From the NCBI GenBank assembly GCA_001786575.1, contig MFRW01000001.1, positions 22,179 to 86,178 of the forward strand: a stretch of 64,000 nt of DNA. Direction: 5' to 3'. This DNA comes from Candidatus Moranbacteria bacterium RIFCSPHIGHO2_01_FULL_55_24. Its GTDB lineage: Bacteria; Patescibacteriota; Minisyncoccia; Moranbacterales; UBA1568. Every line of letters begins with the position of its first letter. Positions within the stretch are counted from its first letter, which is position 1. The notes beneath the pieces were generated by a model. That model made no database searches. It worked only from the letters and a program-made list of their open reading frames with translations, and was not told the origin of the DNA. Shown here in pieces: positions 26,349 to 36,105 of this stretch. The position numbers and the translations under genes are program-made.

Positions 26349-28181
26349 TCAATAGAGTTGGAACAGAAGGTTCTTGGTTTCCTTGGTTGTCACTTCCGGC
26401 AGCGAGATCGAGGAGACTTCCGAAAGATTTTCCGGTTCCAGCCCGCTCGTCTTGAAGGTATACTCGCCCCGGTAGATCATCTTGTCGCCGAACACAGATG
26501 CGTAGCGCGGCAGATTCTCGTTCGGGGTGAGGAGATAGATGCGGCTGAAGCGCGAAGTATCGAGCTTCGCCAAGTCTTCCGGATTGAAGAAATAGACGGT
26601 GTTCTTCTTGAAGAGGGCATTGCCCGGGCCGGTGAGCATAGCGTAGCCGTTCCCGGTCGCGAAACGGTCGACCAGAACCAGATCTTCTTCGGTGAACTGC
26701 GAAGCGAAGGCTTCTACCTGGGGTAGGAGCTCCGGGTTTTCGCGGGAAGTCATGGCGAGGCGCCAGCTCGGGAATTGCAGGGCGAGGAGGATGATGCAGA
26801 AGAGCACGAAAAGCGGATTGAATACTTTCTTGAGCGCCGGTCCGCCTGGGGCAGCGGCCCGCTTGCTTTCCAGGATGGCAGCGAATGCGAAGACGGCTGT
26901 CAGGAGGAGCGCCGGAAAGAGCGAGAAGAGATAGCGGCGGAGCATCCAAGGATGATCGAGCGTGATATTCGGCGAGAAGAGATAAAGGAATGTCGGGAGC
27001 GCGAGCGCCACAGGAATGAGCTGCTCGTAGCTCTTCTTGCGGATGAGTACGAGGATGCCGAAGAGCCCGGCTATGAAGATTCCCAAGAGTCCGTAGAGGA
27101 TGAAAACGGAACCGAGCGGATAGGCGGTAACGAGGCCGGCGAAGGGCGTGCCGTTCGCTATGATGTCATTCCCGAAGCCATGGAGGAATTTGAAGAGAGC
27201 CTTTCCGATGACCTTGTAGTAGGGGAGATTGATGAAGAAGTTCCGCAGGAAGATGAAGCTGAAGATGGCTCCCGGGAGGAGGAGACTCTTTACGGGATAG
27301 CTCTTCCAGATAGCGCGCGTTTTGGGGTTCGCGGCGAAGAGAAGGAGTGTGACCCCGAGAAAAGCGAAGCCCTCGATCCGTGTGAACGCGAAGAGAGTGG
27401 CGGAAAGCAAGGCGCTTGCATACGAGACGAACTTTCCCTCACGGAAGAGGAGGATATGGGAGAGAACGAGAGAAAGGAAGAGAAAGAGCGCGAAGTTTTC
27501 GGTAAGGGTGAACTTCGGGAACCATGCAAGGAGAAAAGAGAAGGCTCCGAGCCCGAGACCGAGCAGCGCATACCCTGAAGAGAGCGATAAGCGCAGGATC
27601 TGGTAGAGAGTGATAAGAGAAAGAAAGACGAGAAGCGCATTGGCCGCGAGCAGGCCCAGAATGCCGAAGAGGGTCATGAAACTCGCCAGCCAGGCGGTAT
27701 AGGCGACCGGGAATTGGGTTATGAGGTATCCGGATTCGGTATAGATGAACCCGGGGAAATTCAAAGCCGTTCCCGGCCCGTAGATCCGGAAGAAAGCGTC
27801 TGTTGCCGGTGTGTTCCAGGCGAGTTCTCCATTCTGGGAAAGTCGGATCGCCGCTTCGCTGATCGACCCCTGGTCGCGTCCCGAAAAGAGGGTGGGTGTG
27901 GTGGCGCTCCAGGCGATGAGGAATGCGTAGAGGAGAGAGAGAACGAAGACGAGCCGCCTGTCCGAAGAAGTGCGCGAAAGGTATTTCCAGCCGAAGAAGA
28001 GCGCCGCGAGGGCGGCGAAGAGAGCGATGCTTACGATGAGCGGGGACGAGAAAAGACCGAAAAGAGCGAGAACGAAAACGACCCACCCGAAAACGAGGAA
28101 AATCATTCCGAAAAGCACGAAGGGGATATCGCTTTTCATGTCGAAAGAGGGGAGATTCATAATGCTCATAGTATACCGCAT
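26349..28181 (-). CDS. Polytopic membrane protein with GT-C-like (ArnT/PMT-type glycosyltransferase) architecture
   Basis: 610 aa; more than 10 TM segments in the N-terminal two-thirds, C-terminal soluble domain. Assignment by architecture only. Confidence 0.4.
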   Translation of the reverse strand: MRYTMSIMNLPSFDMKSDIPFVLFGMIFLVFGWVVFVLALFGLFSSPLIVSIALFAALAALFFGWKYLSRTSSDRRLVFVLSLLYAFLIAWSATTPTLFSGRDQGSISEAAIRLSQNGELAWNTPATDAFFRIYGPGTALNFPGFIYTESGYLITQFPVAYTAWLASFMTLFGILGLLAANALLVFLSLITLYQILRLSLSSGYALLGLGLGAFSFLLAWFPKFTLTENFALFLFLSLVLSHILLFREGKFVSYASALLSATLFAFTRIEGFAFLGVTLLLFAANPKTRAIWKSYPVKSLLLPGAIFSFIFLRNFFINLPYYKVIGKALFKFLHGFGNDIIANGTPFAGLVTAYPLGSVFILYGLLGIFIAGLFGILVLIRKKSYEQLIPVALALPTFLYLFSPNITLDHPWMLRRYLFSLFPALLLTAVFAFAAILESKRAAAPGGPALKKVFNPLFVLFCIILLALQFPSWRLAMTSRENPELLPQVEAFASQFTEEDLVLVDRFATGNGYAMLTGPGNALFKKNTVYFFNPEDLAKLDTSRFSRIYLLTPNENLPRYASVFGDKMIYRGEYTFKTSGLEPENLSEVSSISLPEVTTKETKNLLFQLY

Positions 28182-28295
28182 CGTTCACGGTGAAACCAGA
28201 CGGTTTCTCCTTGCAACGAAAGCGGAAACATGGTTTGCCAAGCGGGACCCGAGGCTTTAAAATGGAAAAAAGGCAGACCAACCACTTTTCATCGT

Positions 28296-30749
28296 ATGAA
28301 TGATTCTTTTTTTCTGTGGTATTACACGCGCGGATTGTCTGGCGCGCCTTTTGTGCTTTGGAATTATCTGCGCTACACGCTCCACCGCTTCAATATCCTC
28401 GGATTGCTCGGGACGCTGGTATCGCCTTGGAAGCGCGATGTGACCCCGCGGACCTGGAGAGGTTGGCATCCGCTGAAATCCTTGAACCGCTTGGTCGAGA
28501 ATCTCCTCTCGCGCTTTTTAGGTATGCTGGTGCGTCTCGGGGTCATTGTCTTCGGGATTACCGTATTCTTGCTGGTTCTCTTCGGCGGTACGCTCCTTCT
28601 TTTCGGATATGCGCTCGCCCCGCTTTTCCTGGTGACAGGATTGATAACTCTGGGAGCCGATATTCTCTGGGGAGCCGGGTTGCTTCTTTTGGGAATCGCC
28701 GGCATAGCTTTCGGTTTCTTCGGCTATCAGGCACGGGAGCGCGAGGAGCCGGCGGATTTCTCTCTCGCCAGCCTGCGGCATTCCCGGTCTTTCCCGAGAA
28801 TCTTGGCGCGTCTGGGCCTGAAGAAAGGATTTTTCGACGAAGGAATACTTGAGAACGATGAGCGCTTTATGGAATTCCTGCAGTCCCTGGGTATCTCGCG
28901 CCTCACGTTCGAGCGTTCGGTGCTGATAGAGCGCCATCGGGAACAAGAAGAGAGGCTTCGGGCGCGCTTCTGGTCATGGGACCGCCTCGAGAAAGCACCT
29001 CGCCTCGGCAGGACGTGGAAGTTCGGGTACACGCCGAAGCTCGACCGCTATGTGACGGATCTTTCGCAGGGAGATTTTTCCGAATATGCCCATGCCGAGC
29101 TGGTGGGCCGGACCGATGAACTGAAGGTCGCCGGAGTGATCTTGGAGCGGCCGACAGAAAACAGTCTTATCCTCGTGGGAGATCCCGGTATCGGAAAACA
29201 GACATTCATCCATTACTTCGCGCGCCTCATCCGCGAGAACGCTTTCAGAGGGACATTTTTCGATGATTCACGCGTCCTGCTTTTCGACTTCGGGCGTGCC
29301 GTGGGCGATGCGACGACTCAAGGCAGCGATCCGGAGAATTTCTTGCGATACCTCTTGAGCGAAGCGGTGATGGCCGGGAATATCATCCTCGTGATCGAGA
29401 ACGTCGACCTTTTCATGGGCGGTGAGGAGACGGGTCGCCATAATTTCGCGCCGCTTCTCGGTGAGTTCCTCATCTATCCCGGATTCCGGGTGATCGGGAC
29501 CGCTTCTGCTTCCGCCTACCATGCGCTCATGAAGCATGATGAACACTCTCTCAAATATTTCGAAGCCGTGTATATGCGTGAGACCGATGCTGATGAGACG
29601 CTCGGTATCCTTATCGATGAATTCAAAGAGGTCGAAAAGAAACAGATCGTATTCACAATGAAGGGCTTCGAGCAGATTGTGGAGAACGCTGACCGCTACA
29701 ATTGGGAAACGCCGTTTCCCGAGCGTGCTCTCGACTTGGCGCACGAAGTCCTGACCTATTGGCGGACGACTGACGAGAGCTTCATCACCGAGGCTACGGT
29801 AGACGCTTTCATCGCGCTCAAGACCGGGATACCGCAGGGCGCTGTCGGAGAAGAGGAAAAGGACAAGCTTTTGCGCCTGGAAGAACTGCTCCATGAACGG
29901 GTTGTCGGCCAGGACACGGCGGTCACCCGGGTAGCGGAAGCCATGCGTAAGGCGCGCGCCGGATTCGGCAATGAGAAGCGCCCGCTCGGGAGCTTTCTCT
30001 TCTTAGGGCCGACCGGTGTCGGGAAGACCGAAACCGCGAAGGCATTCGCCGAGAGTTACTTCGGAAGTGAGGATCGCATGATCCGGCTGGACATGAGCGA
30101 GTTTCAGACGGCAGAGTCCATCGACCGCCTGATCGGCTCGCAGGAAAAGGGACTGACGGGCGAACTGACGAACGCTCTCCAGGAGAACCCCTTCTCGCTC
30201 CTCCTCCTCGACGAAATCGAGAAAGCCTATCCGCAGGCGCTCGACCTTTTCCTGCAGATTCTCGATGAAGGATACGTGAACGACGGATTCGGGAAGAAGG
30301 TCAGTTTCCGGAGCGCCGTCATCATCGCCACTTCCAACGCCGGTGCGCCGCTTCTGAAACAGCTCATAGAGGCGGGAACGCCCCAGGAAGAGATCGAGAA
30401 GCGCATGATCGATGAGGTCGTGAACCGGGGCATTTTCCGTCTGGAGTTCCTCAACCGTTTCGACGGAGTCGTCTTCTTCTCGCCGCTTCAGGAACAAGAG
30501 CTTCTCGAGGTCGTCGGTCTCAAGCTCCGCGACCTCCAAGCGCGTCTCAAGAAAGAGAAGAATATCGCGCTTCAGTTCGGCGAAGGCGTCCCGGAGGCGA
30601 TTGTCGCGAAGGGATACAGGCCCGAGTTCGGCGCCCGCTCGCTCAATCGTTTCATCAATGATACGATTGAGGACCGTGTTGCCAAAGCCATTATTTCCGG
30701 CGAACTGGCAAATGGAGGGACGCTCACCCTTACTCCGAATGACCTGTGA
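28296..30749 (+). CDS. Membrane-anchored ClpA/B/C-like double AAA+ protein with degenerate D1 (Walker A GKQ, Walker B EN) and intact D2
   Basis: N-terminal 190 aa with about 3 TM helices. D1: LILVGDPGIGKQTFI and IILVIENVD (versus ClpB GEAGTGKT / FIDELH). D2: FLGPTGVGKTETAKAFAE, LLLLDEIEKAYP, sensor ATSN, GARSLNRFI. No long M-domain and no IGF/L loop. ATG at 28296 in ORF 28230..30749. Confidence 0.75.
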   Translation: MNDSFFLWYYTRGLSGAPFVLWNYLRYTLHRFNILGLLGTLVSPWKRDVTPRTWRGWHPLKSLNRLVENLLSRFLGMLVRLGVIVFGITVFLLVLFGGTLLLFGYALAPLFLVTGLITLGADILWGAGLLLLGIAGIAFGFFGYQAREREEPADFSLASLRHSRSFPRILARLGLKKGFFDEGILENDERFMEFLQSLGISRLTFERSVLIERHREQEERLRARFWSWDRLEKAPRLGRTWKFGYTPKLDRYVTDLSQGDFSEYAHAELVGRTDELKVAGVILERPTENSLILVGDPGIGKQTFIHYFARLIRENAFRGTFFDDSRVLLFDFGRAVGDATTQGSDPENFLRYLLSEAVMAGNIILVIENVDLFMGGEETGRHNFAPLLGEFLIYPGFRVIGTASASAYHALMKHDEHSLKYFEAVYMRETDADETLGILIDEFKEVEKKQIVFTMKGFEQIVENADRYNWETPFPERALDLAHEVLTYWRTTDESFITEATVDAFIALKTGIPQGAVGEEEKDKLLRLEELLHERVVGQDTAVTRVAEAMRKARAGFGNEKRPLGSFLFLGPTGVGKTETAKAFAESYFGSEDRMIRLDMSEFQTAESIDRLIGSQEKGLTGELTNALQENPFSLLLLDEIEKAYPQALDLFLQILDEGYVNDGFGKKVSFRSAVIIATSNAGAPLLKQLIEAGTPQEEIEKRMIDEVVNRGIFRLEFLNRFDGVVFFSPLQEQELLEVVGLKLRDLQARLKKEKNIALQFGEGVPEAIVAKGYRPEFGARSLNRFINDTIEDRVAKAIISGELANGGTLTLTPNDL

Positions 30750-30754
30750 TACCT

Positions 30755-31939
30755 ATGAAGATCCTTGTTGTCGCTCCCACACCGTTCTTCTCGGATCGGG
30801 GGACACACATCCGTATATTGGAAGAAGCGCTCGCTCTGGAGAGGCGCGGCCATGAGGTGACGATTGCGACGTATCACATCGGGGCGGAGATCCCTCCATT
30901 CCTGGGGTCGAAGATCGACGTGCGCCGTATCCGCCGCTTGCTCTTCTGGTATAAGAAGCTCGAAGCCGGACCGGATTGGCAGAAGATCATTCTCGATCTC
31001 TTGCTGATCAAGAAAACGTTTTTCCTGGCCCGGACCAAGCGCCCGGATATCATCCATGGGCATCTCCATGAAGGAGCGCTCATCGGCTGGATCGTCCAGA
31101 AACTCCTCTTCTGGAGGAAAATGGGCCTGGTGGCGGATTTCCACGGCAGCCTGACCCGCGAGATGGTTTCGCATGACTATCTGCATGTCTCTTTCGCCCA
31201 GAAGGTCTTCCAGTGGGTGGAACGTCTGATCAACAACCTGGGCGATGCCGCGGTCGCGAGTTCTTGGGACAACGCCGAAGAGATCAATCAGGCGCGCACC
31301 AAGAAGCGTGCCCTCCCGCTTTTGGATGGAACGCGCCTGGATCTGTTCGAGAATCTGCCTTCTAAAGAGTCGCTCCGCAAGGAATACGGTATTCCCGAGG
31401 ACAAGGTGGTCGTTACCTATACCGGCGCGCTCATCCCGAATAAGGGCATCCGCTATTTTCTCGACGCTGTTCCGCTGGTGTTTGCCGCACATCCGGAGGC
31501 GCATGTGGTGATCGCCGGCTTTCCGGTAGATCAGATCAGCGATTATCTGGCGCGGCCGGAATTCCAGTCCGGCGTATCCGTCATAAGCCCGCTTTCGTAC
31601 TTCGAGCTGCCGAAAATCCTGCATATGAGCGATATCGGCGTGGATCCCAAGGATAGCGTGACGAGGCAGGCGAGCGGCAAGACGCTCCAGTATATGGGAG
31701 CCGGGCTCCCGGTCGCGGTATTCGACACCGAGAATAACCGCGAATATCTGGCCGATGGCGGCACATATGCCCCGGAGATTTCCGCGAAGGGACTGGCTTC
31801 CGCGATCGGAGAACTGGTATCTTCCAGGGAACTCCGTGATACGCGGGGACGGATCTGCCGCACACGCGCCGAACAATTCAGCTGGGACCAGACCGCGCTT
31901 CAGGCGGAAGCGATATATAAGGAACTTTTGGAAAAGTAA
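30755..31939 (+). CDS. Glycosyltransferase family 4
   Basis: Typical GT4 N- and C-domains. ATG at 30755 follows the upstream stop; the GTG at 30746 overlaps it. Confidence 0.75.
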   Translation: MKILVVAPTPFFSDRGTHIRILEEALALERRGHEVTIATYHIGAEIPPFLGSKIDVRRIRRLLFWYKKLEAGPDWQKIILDLLLIKKTFFLARTKRPDIIHGHLHEGALIGWIVQKLLFWRKMGLVADFHGSLTREMVSHDYLHVSFAQKVFQWVERLINNLGDAAVASSWDNAEEINQARTKKRALPLLDGTRLDLFENLPSKESLRKEYGIPEDKVVVTYTGALIPNKGIRYFLDAVPLVFAAHPEAHVVIAGFPVDQISDYLARPEFQSGVSVISPLSYFELPKILHMSDIGVDPKDSVTRQASGKTLQYMGAGLPVAVFDTENNREYLADGGTYAPEISAKGLASAIGELVSSRELRDTRGRICRTRAEQFSWDQTALQAEAIYKELLEK

Positions 31940-31944
31940 GCGCT

Positions 31945-33126
31945 ATGGATCTCTTTCTCATAAAAATAGGAAAAGCATGGAACGTCTTGCGGCGAGACGG
32001 TTTTTTCCGCGGATTGAAACGCGTCTTCTCGGCTTTCTTCCTCCAGTTCCGCCGGGTGCATCCGGGCGAGGTGCTTTTCATTTCCAACGGAGTAGGCGAC
32101 AGTGCCCGCTATCGGACGCGCCACGTCGCCGAAGAATTGAATCTCCATGGCTTCGCCGCATCCGTGACCGTGCAGGACAACCCGTTCCTCATTTCTTACG
32201 CGGACAAATTTTCCGTCTTCGTTTTCCACCGGGTGCTTTTCACGGACAAGATCGCCCGCTTCGTCGAAGTATTGAAGGGGCTCGGGAAAACGATCGTTTT
32301 CGAGACGGATGATTTGGTCTACGATCCGGAATTCCTCCGGCACATGGACTACTACGCCAAGATGAACGCGCTCGAAAAGAAGCTCTACGAGCATGGGGTA
32401 GGCGGCGAGATACTGGCTGATCCGTACGTCACGCATTGCACGACTTCCACCCGATTCCTCAAGGAGAAACTCGAAGCGAAGGGCAAACAGGTCTTCCTGG
32501 TCAGAAACAAGCTCTCGCAGGAAGACGTCTCGTGGGCGGAGGAGGTTCTCCGCAAGCGAGTGCCGCGAAACGACGGGCTCGTCCGCATCTGCTATCTCTC
32601 GGGTACCCCGAGCCATGACAAAGACTTCGCGACGATTACCGGGGCTCTCGTCCGTCTCTTGGAAAAGCATCCGGATATCCGCCTCGTCCTGGCCGGCCCT
32701 TTGGATACGGAGAGCGCTCTCAATCGTTATGAAGCGCAGATCGAACGCGTAGCGTATATGCCGCGGAAAGAATACTTCGGGACCATCGCCGAGATGGACA
32801 TCAATGTGGCGCCGCTCGAGATCGGGAACCCGTTCTGCGAGTCCAAGTCCGAACTCAAGTTCTTCGAGACGGGACTGGTCGGCGTCCCGACGGTCGCCGC
32901 TGCGACCGGAACTTTCCGGGAAGCGATCGCCGACGGCGTAGACGGCTTCGTCGCGGCCACGGAGGATGAATGGGTAGAGAAGCTGGAAGCTCTCATAGCG
33001 GATTCCGGCAGGCGCCGCGCGATGGGAGAAGCAGCGAGAGCGGCAGCGCTCCGGCACTATACGACCAAGGATGGCAGCTCGCCGGAATATTACGGATTTC
33101 TGAAGGAGCGCATCGGGAAGGCCTGA
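31945..33126 (+). CDS. Glycosyltransferase (GT-B, group-1-like)
   Basis: C-terminal domain with NVAPLEIGNPFCESKSELKFFETGLVGVPTV. Confidence 0.65.
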   Translation: MDLFLIKIGKAWNVLRRDGFFRGLKRVFSAFFLQFRRVHPGEVLFISNGVGDSARYRTRHVAEELNLHGFAASVTVQDNPFLISYADKFSVFVFHRVLFTDKIARFVEVLKGLGKTIVFETDDLVYDPEFLRHMDYYAKMNALEKKLYEHGVGGEILADPYVTHCTTSTRFLKEKLEAKGKQVFLVRNKLSQEDVSWAEEVLRKRVPRNDGLVRICYLSGTPSHDKDFATITGALVRLLEKHPDIRLVLAGPLDTESALNRYEAQIERVAYMPRKEYFGTIAEMDINVAPLEIGNPFCESKSELKFFETGLVGVPTVAAATGTFREAIADGVDGFVAATEDEWVEKLEALIADSGRRRAMGEAARAAALRHYTTKDGSSPEYYGFLKERIGKA

Positions 33127-33138
33127 CGGAAGAAATAT

Positions 33139-34113
33139 ATGGGAGAGCAGAAAACGGAGAAAGTCTTCATTACCGGCGGAGCAGGATTCATCGGGTCAGC
33201 GACCGCGAAAGCGCTCATGGACCGCGGAAACGAGGTAGTGATGATCGATAATTTCAACGACTATTATGATCCCCAGCTGAAGCGCGATCGCATCAGCGTC
33301 TTTCTGGCTGATTACACGGGGAAATTCTCATTGTACGAAGGCGACATCCGCGACGAAACGCTGCTTCGGGAAATATTCCAGAAGGAAAAACCGGAAAAGA
33401 TCATTCATCTGGCCGCGATGGCAGGAGTGCGGAATTCCTTAAAGAACCCCTCTCTCTATGTGGATGTGAATATTGTCGGCACTGTCCGTCTTCTCGATCT
33501 GGCCGTAGAGTATGGAGTGAAGAATTTCGTGTACGCATCATCGTCTTCCGTCTATGGGAACAATGAGAAAGTGCCATTTTCCGAAGAAGACAGCGTGGAT
33601 AGGCCGATCTCGCCGTATGCCGCAACCAAAAAAGCGGATGAGCTCTTGGCCCATGTGTACAGCCATATCCACGGGCTCCCGACGACGGGGCTGCGCTTCT
33701 TTACCGTGTACGGTCCTTGGGGCCGGCCGGATATGGGCGTATTTGCCTTCATCGAGAACATCCTAAACGGCAAGCCGATCGAGGTCTACAATCACGGCGA
33801 TATGCGCCGTAACTTCACCTATATAGACGATATCGTTTCCGGGATCCTGGTAGCGCTCGACACAGATCTGCCGTATGCCATAATGAATATCGGCGGCGAC
33901 CGCGATGAAGCGCTTCTCGACTATATCGCGGCAGTGGAGAAACATACCGGCAAGACCGCAGAAAAAATCCTGCTTCCCATGCAGCCGGGGGATGTGCCGA
34001 GGACAGTCGCGGATATCAGCCGCATGCGCGCGCTCGGTTGGGAGCCGAAAACGCGCATCGACGAAGGCATCAGGAATTTCGTCGAGTGGTACCGAGGGTA
34101 TTTCCATAAGTAA
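33139..34113 (+). CDS. NAD-dependent epimerase/dehydratase (UDP-glucuronate 4-epimerase-like)
   Basis: Motifs ITGGAGFIGS, YASSSSVYG, YAATKKADE and FTVYGPWGRPDM. Confidence 0.8.
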   Translation: MGEQKTEKVFITGGAGFIGSATAKALMDRGNEVVMIDNFNDYYDPQLKRDRISVFLADYTGKFSLYEGDIRDETLLREIFQKEKPEKIIHLAAMAGVRNSLKNPSLYVDVNIVGTVRLLDLAVEYGVKNFVYASSSSVYGNNEKVPFSEEDSVDRPISPYAATKKADELLAHVYSHIHGLPTTGLRFFTVYGPWGRPDMGVFAFIENILNGKPIEVYNHGDMRRNFTYIDDIVSGILVALDTDLPYAIMNIGGDRDEALLDYIAAVEKHTGKTAEKILLPMQPGDVPRTVADISRMRALGWEPKTRIDEGIRNFVEWYRGYFHK

Positions 34114-34133
34114 GATACTGAATACAAGAGAGC

Positions 34134-34856
34134 ATGACGTTGATTACAGCCAAAAACCTTTCCAAGATATACGACAACGAGGGCGTGAAGACGCAAGCGC
34201 TTGCTGATGCCAGCTTCTCTATCGAGAAGGGAGAATTCGTCGCGATCATGGGGCCGAGCGGAAGCGGCAAGTCTACGCTCATGCAGATCCTGGGACTTCT
34301 CGACAGACCGACCGGAGGGACATACTTCCTGAAAGACAAAGACGTGAGCAAGATGACTGATGATGAGCTCGCGCAGATGCGGAATAGCGAGATCGGCTTC
34401 GTGTTCCAGGCGTTCAATCTGCTGCCGCGAACCACCGTGTTCGAAAATGTCGAACTGCCGCTTCTCTACGATGAACATCCTATCAAGGACACCAAAGAAC
34501 GGGTGATGGAAGCGCTCCGAGCAGTCAATCTGGAACATCGGGCTTTCTATTATTCCAACCAGCTCTCCGGTGGCGAGAAGCAGCGGGCCGCCATCGCGCG
34601 GGCGCTTGTGAATGATCCGGCGATCATCTTCGCCGACGAGCCGACCGGAAACCTGGATTCCAAATCCGGCCTCCAGGTGATGCTCATCCTCCAGGCTTTG
34701 AATGAAAGCGGCGCGACCATCATCCTGGTGACGCACGAGACAGACACTGCCGAGCACGCCAAACGCATCATCCGCATGCTTGACGGACGCATCGTTTCCG
34801 ATGAGCTGGTAGCAAACCGCCAATTCGCAAACTCCAAAGGCGAGCTCACCAAATAG
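34134..34856 (+). CDS. ABC transporter ATP-binding protein (MacB/LolD-type)
   Basis: Walker [11 protein letters not shown]-loop, signature [15 protein letters not shown], Walker [13 protein letters not shown]. Confidence 0.85.
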   Translation: MTLITAKNLSKIYDNEGVKTQALADASFSIEKGEFVAIMGPSGSGKSTLMQILGLLDRPTGGTYFLKDKDVSKMTDDELAQMRNSEIGFVFQAFNLLPRTTVFENVELPLLYDEHPIKDTKERVMEALRAVNLEHRAFYYSNQLSGGEKQRAAIARALVNDPAIIFADEPTGNLDSKSGLQVMLILQALNESGATIILVTHETDTAEHAKRIIRMLDGRIVSDELVANRQFANSKGELTK

Positions 34857-34863
34857 TTTCCGT

Positions 34864-36105
34864 ATGCGTTATTCAGATCCCATCCGAATCGCCTATAACT
34901 CTTTAGTGGCGGCGAAACTCCGCTTTTTCCTGACGGTGCTCGGAATCGTGATCGGAGTCGCAGCGGTCATTATGGTGATGGGTATCGGGGCAAGCGCCCA
35001 AGGACTCGTACTTTCGCAGGTGAAAAAGGTAGGATCGGACCTGATCGGGATATTGCCGGGAGCCTCGGAAGAGGAAGGGGCTCCTGCTTCTGCCTTGGGG
35101 ATCGTGACAACGACGTTCAAGAATGACGATCTCAAGGCCCTGCGCGAACGGCGTTCGGTACCGCACTTTACCGCGATCTCCGGCTATGTGACTGGGAGCG
35201 CGACTATCGAATCCGCCCGTGAGAGCGAGAGCGTAAGTTTCCAAGGCGTTTCGCCGGAAATGATCGAGGTGGAGAATATCCAGGTGGCCGAAGGCCGCTT
35301 CTTTTTCCCGGAAGAGGAATCCAACCTTTCCCGGGTGATCGTCCTGGGCTCTACGCGCGCCGCCGAGCTTTTCCCTGATCGGAGCGCCGTCGGTGAGACC
35401 GTCAGGTTCAAGGACATCCCGTTCAAAGTGGTCGGGGTTCTGGAGGAGCGCGGTTCGACGGCATTCTCGAATCCGGACACGCTCGTCTATGTGCCGCTCG
35501 AGACCGCCCAGAAGCTTCTTCTCGGAATCGATTATCTCAACTTCGCTCGCGGCAAGGTGGATGACGTGGCGCATATCGATCAGACGATCGCGGATGTGGA
35601 AGAGCTTCTGCGCAAGCGCCATGACCTGGAAGACGATGAGGAATCCGATTTCTCCGTCCGCAGTACGGCTGCGGCGCTCGACGTCTTGACCTCCATTACG
35701 GATGTGCTCAAATATTTCCTTATGGCCATCGCTTCGCTGTCGCTTCTGGTGGGCGGTATCGGCATCATGAACTCCATGCTCATTTCCGTCTCGCAGCGTA
35801 TCCGCGAGATCGGACTCCGCAAGGCGGTGGGTGCCCGGCCGAAGCACATCATTCGTCAGTTTCTCATCGAGTCGGCCTTCATTACCTGTCTGGGAGGTAT
35901 CCTCGGCATCATCTTAGGTATCGGGCTTACCTTTGTCGCAAGCATCATCATCAAAGCCCTCGGCTATGAGTGGGAATTCCTGGTGCCGCTCATATCTCTC
36001 GCTCTCGGTTTCGGCGTATCGCTCGTGATCGGGATCGTGTTCGGCATCTATCCGGCGATCAAAGCCTCGCGGGTGACTACTATGGAAGCGCTTCGCTATG
36101 AATAG
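34864..36105 (+). CDS. ABC transporter permease, FtsX/MacB family
   Basis: N-terminal TM, large periplasmic domain, C-terminal 3-TM FtsX core ([28 protein letters not shown]). Confidence 0.8.
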   Translation: MRYSDPIRIAYNSLVAAKLRFFLTVLGIVIGVAAVIMVMGIGASAQGLVLSQVKKVGSDLIGILPGASEEEGAPASALGIVTTTFKNDDLKALRERRSVPHFTAISGYVTGSATIESARESESVSFQGVSPEMIEVENIQVAEGRFFFPEEESNLSRVIVLGSTRAAELFPDRSAVGETVRFKDIPFKVVGVLEERGSTAFSNPDTLVYVPLETAQKLLLGIDYLNFARGKVDDVAHIDQTIADVEELLRKRHDLEDDEESDFSVRSTAAALDVLTSITDVLKYFLMAIASLSLLVGGIGIMNSMLISVSQRIREIGLRKAVGARPKHIIRQFLIESAFITCLGGILGIILGIGLTFVASIIIKALGYEWEFLVPLISLALGFGVSLVIGIVFGIYPAIKASRVTTMEALRYE

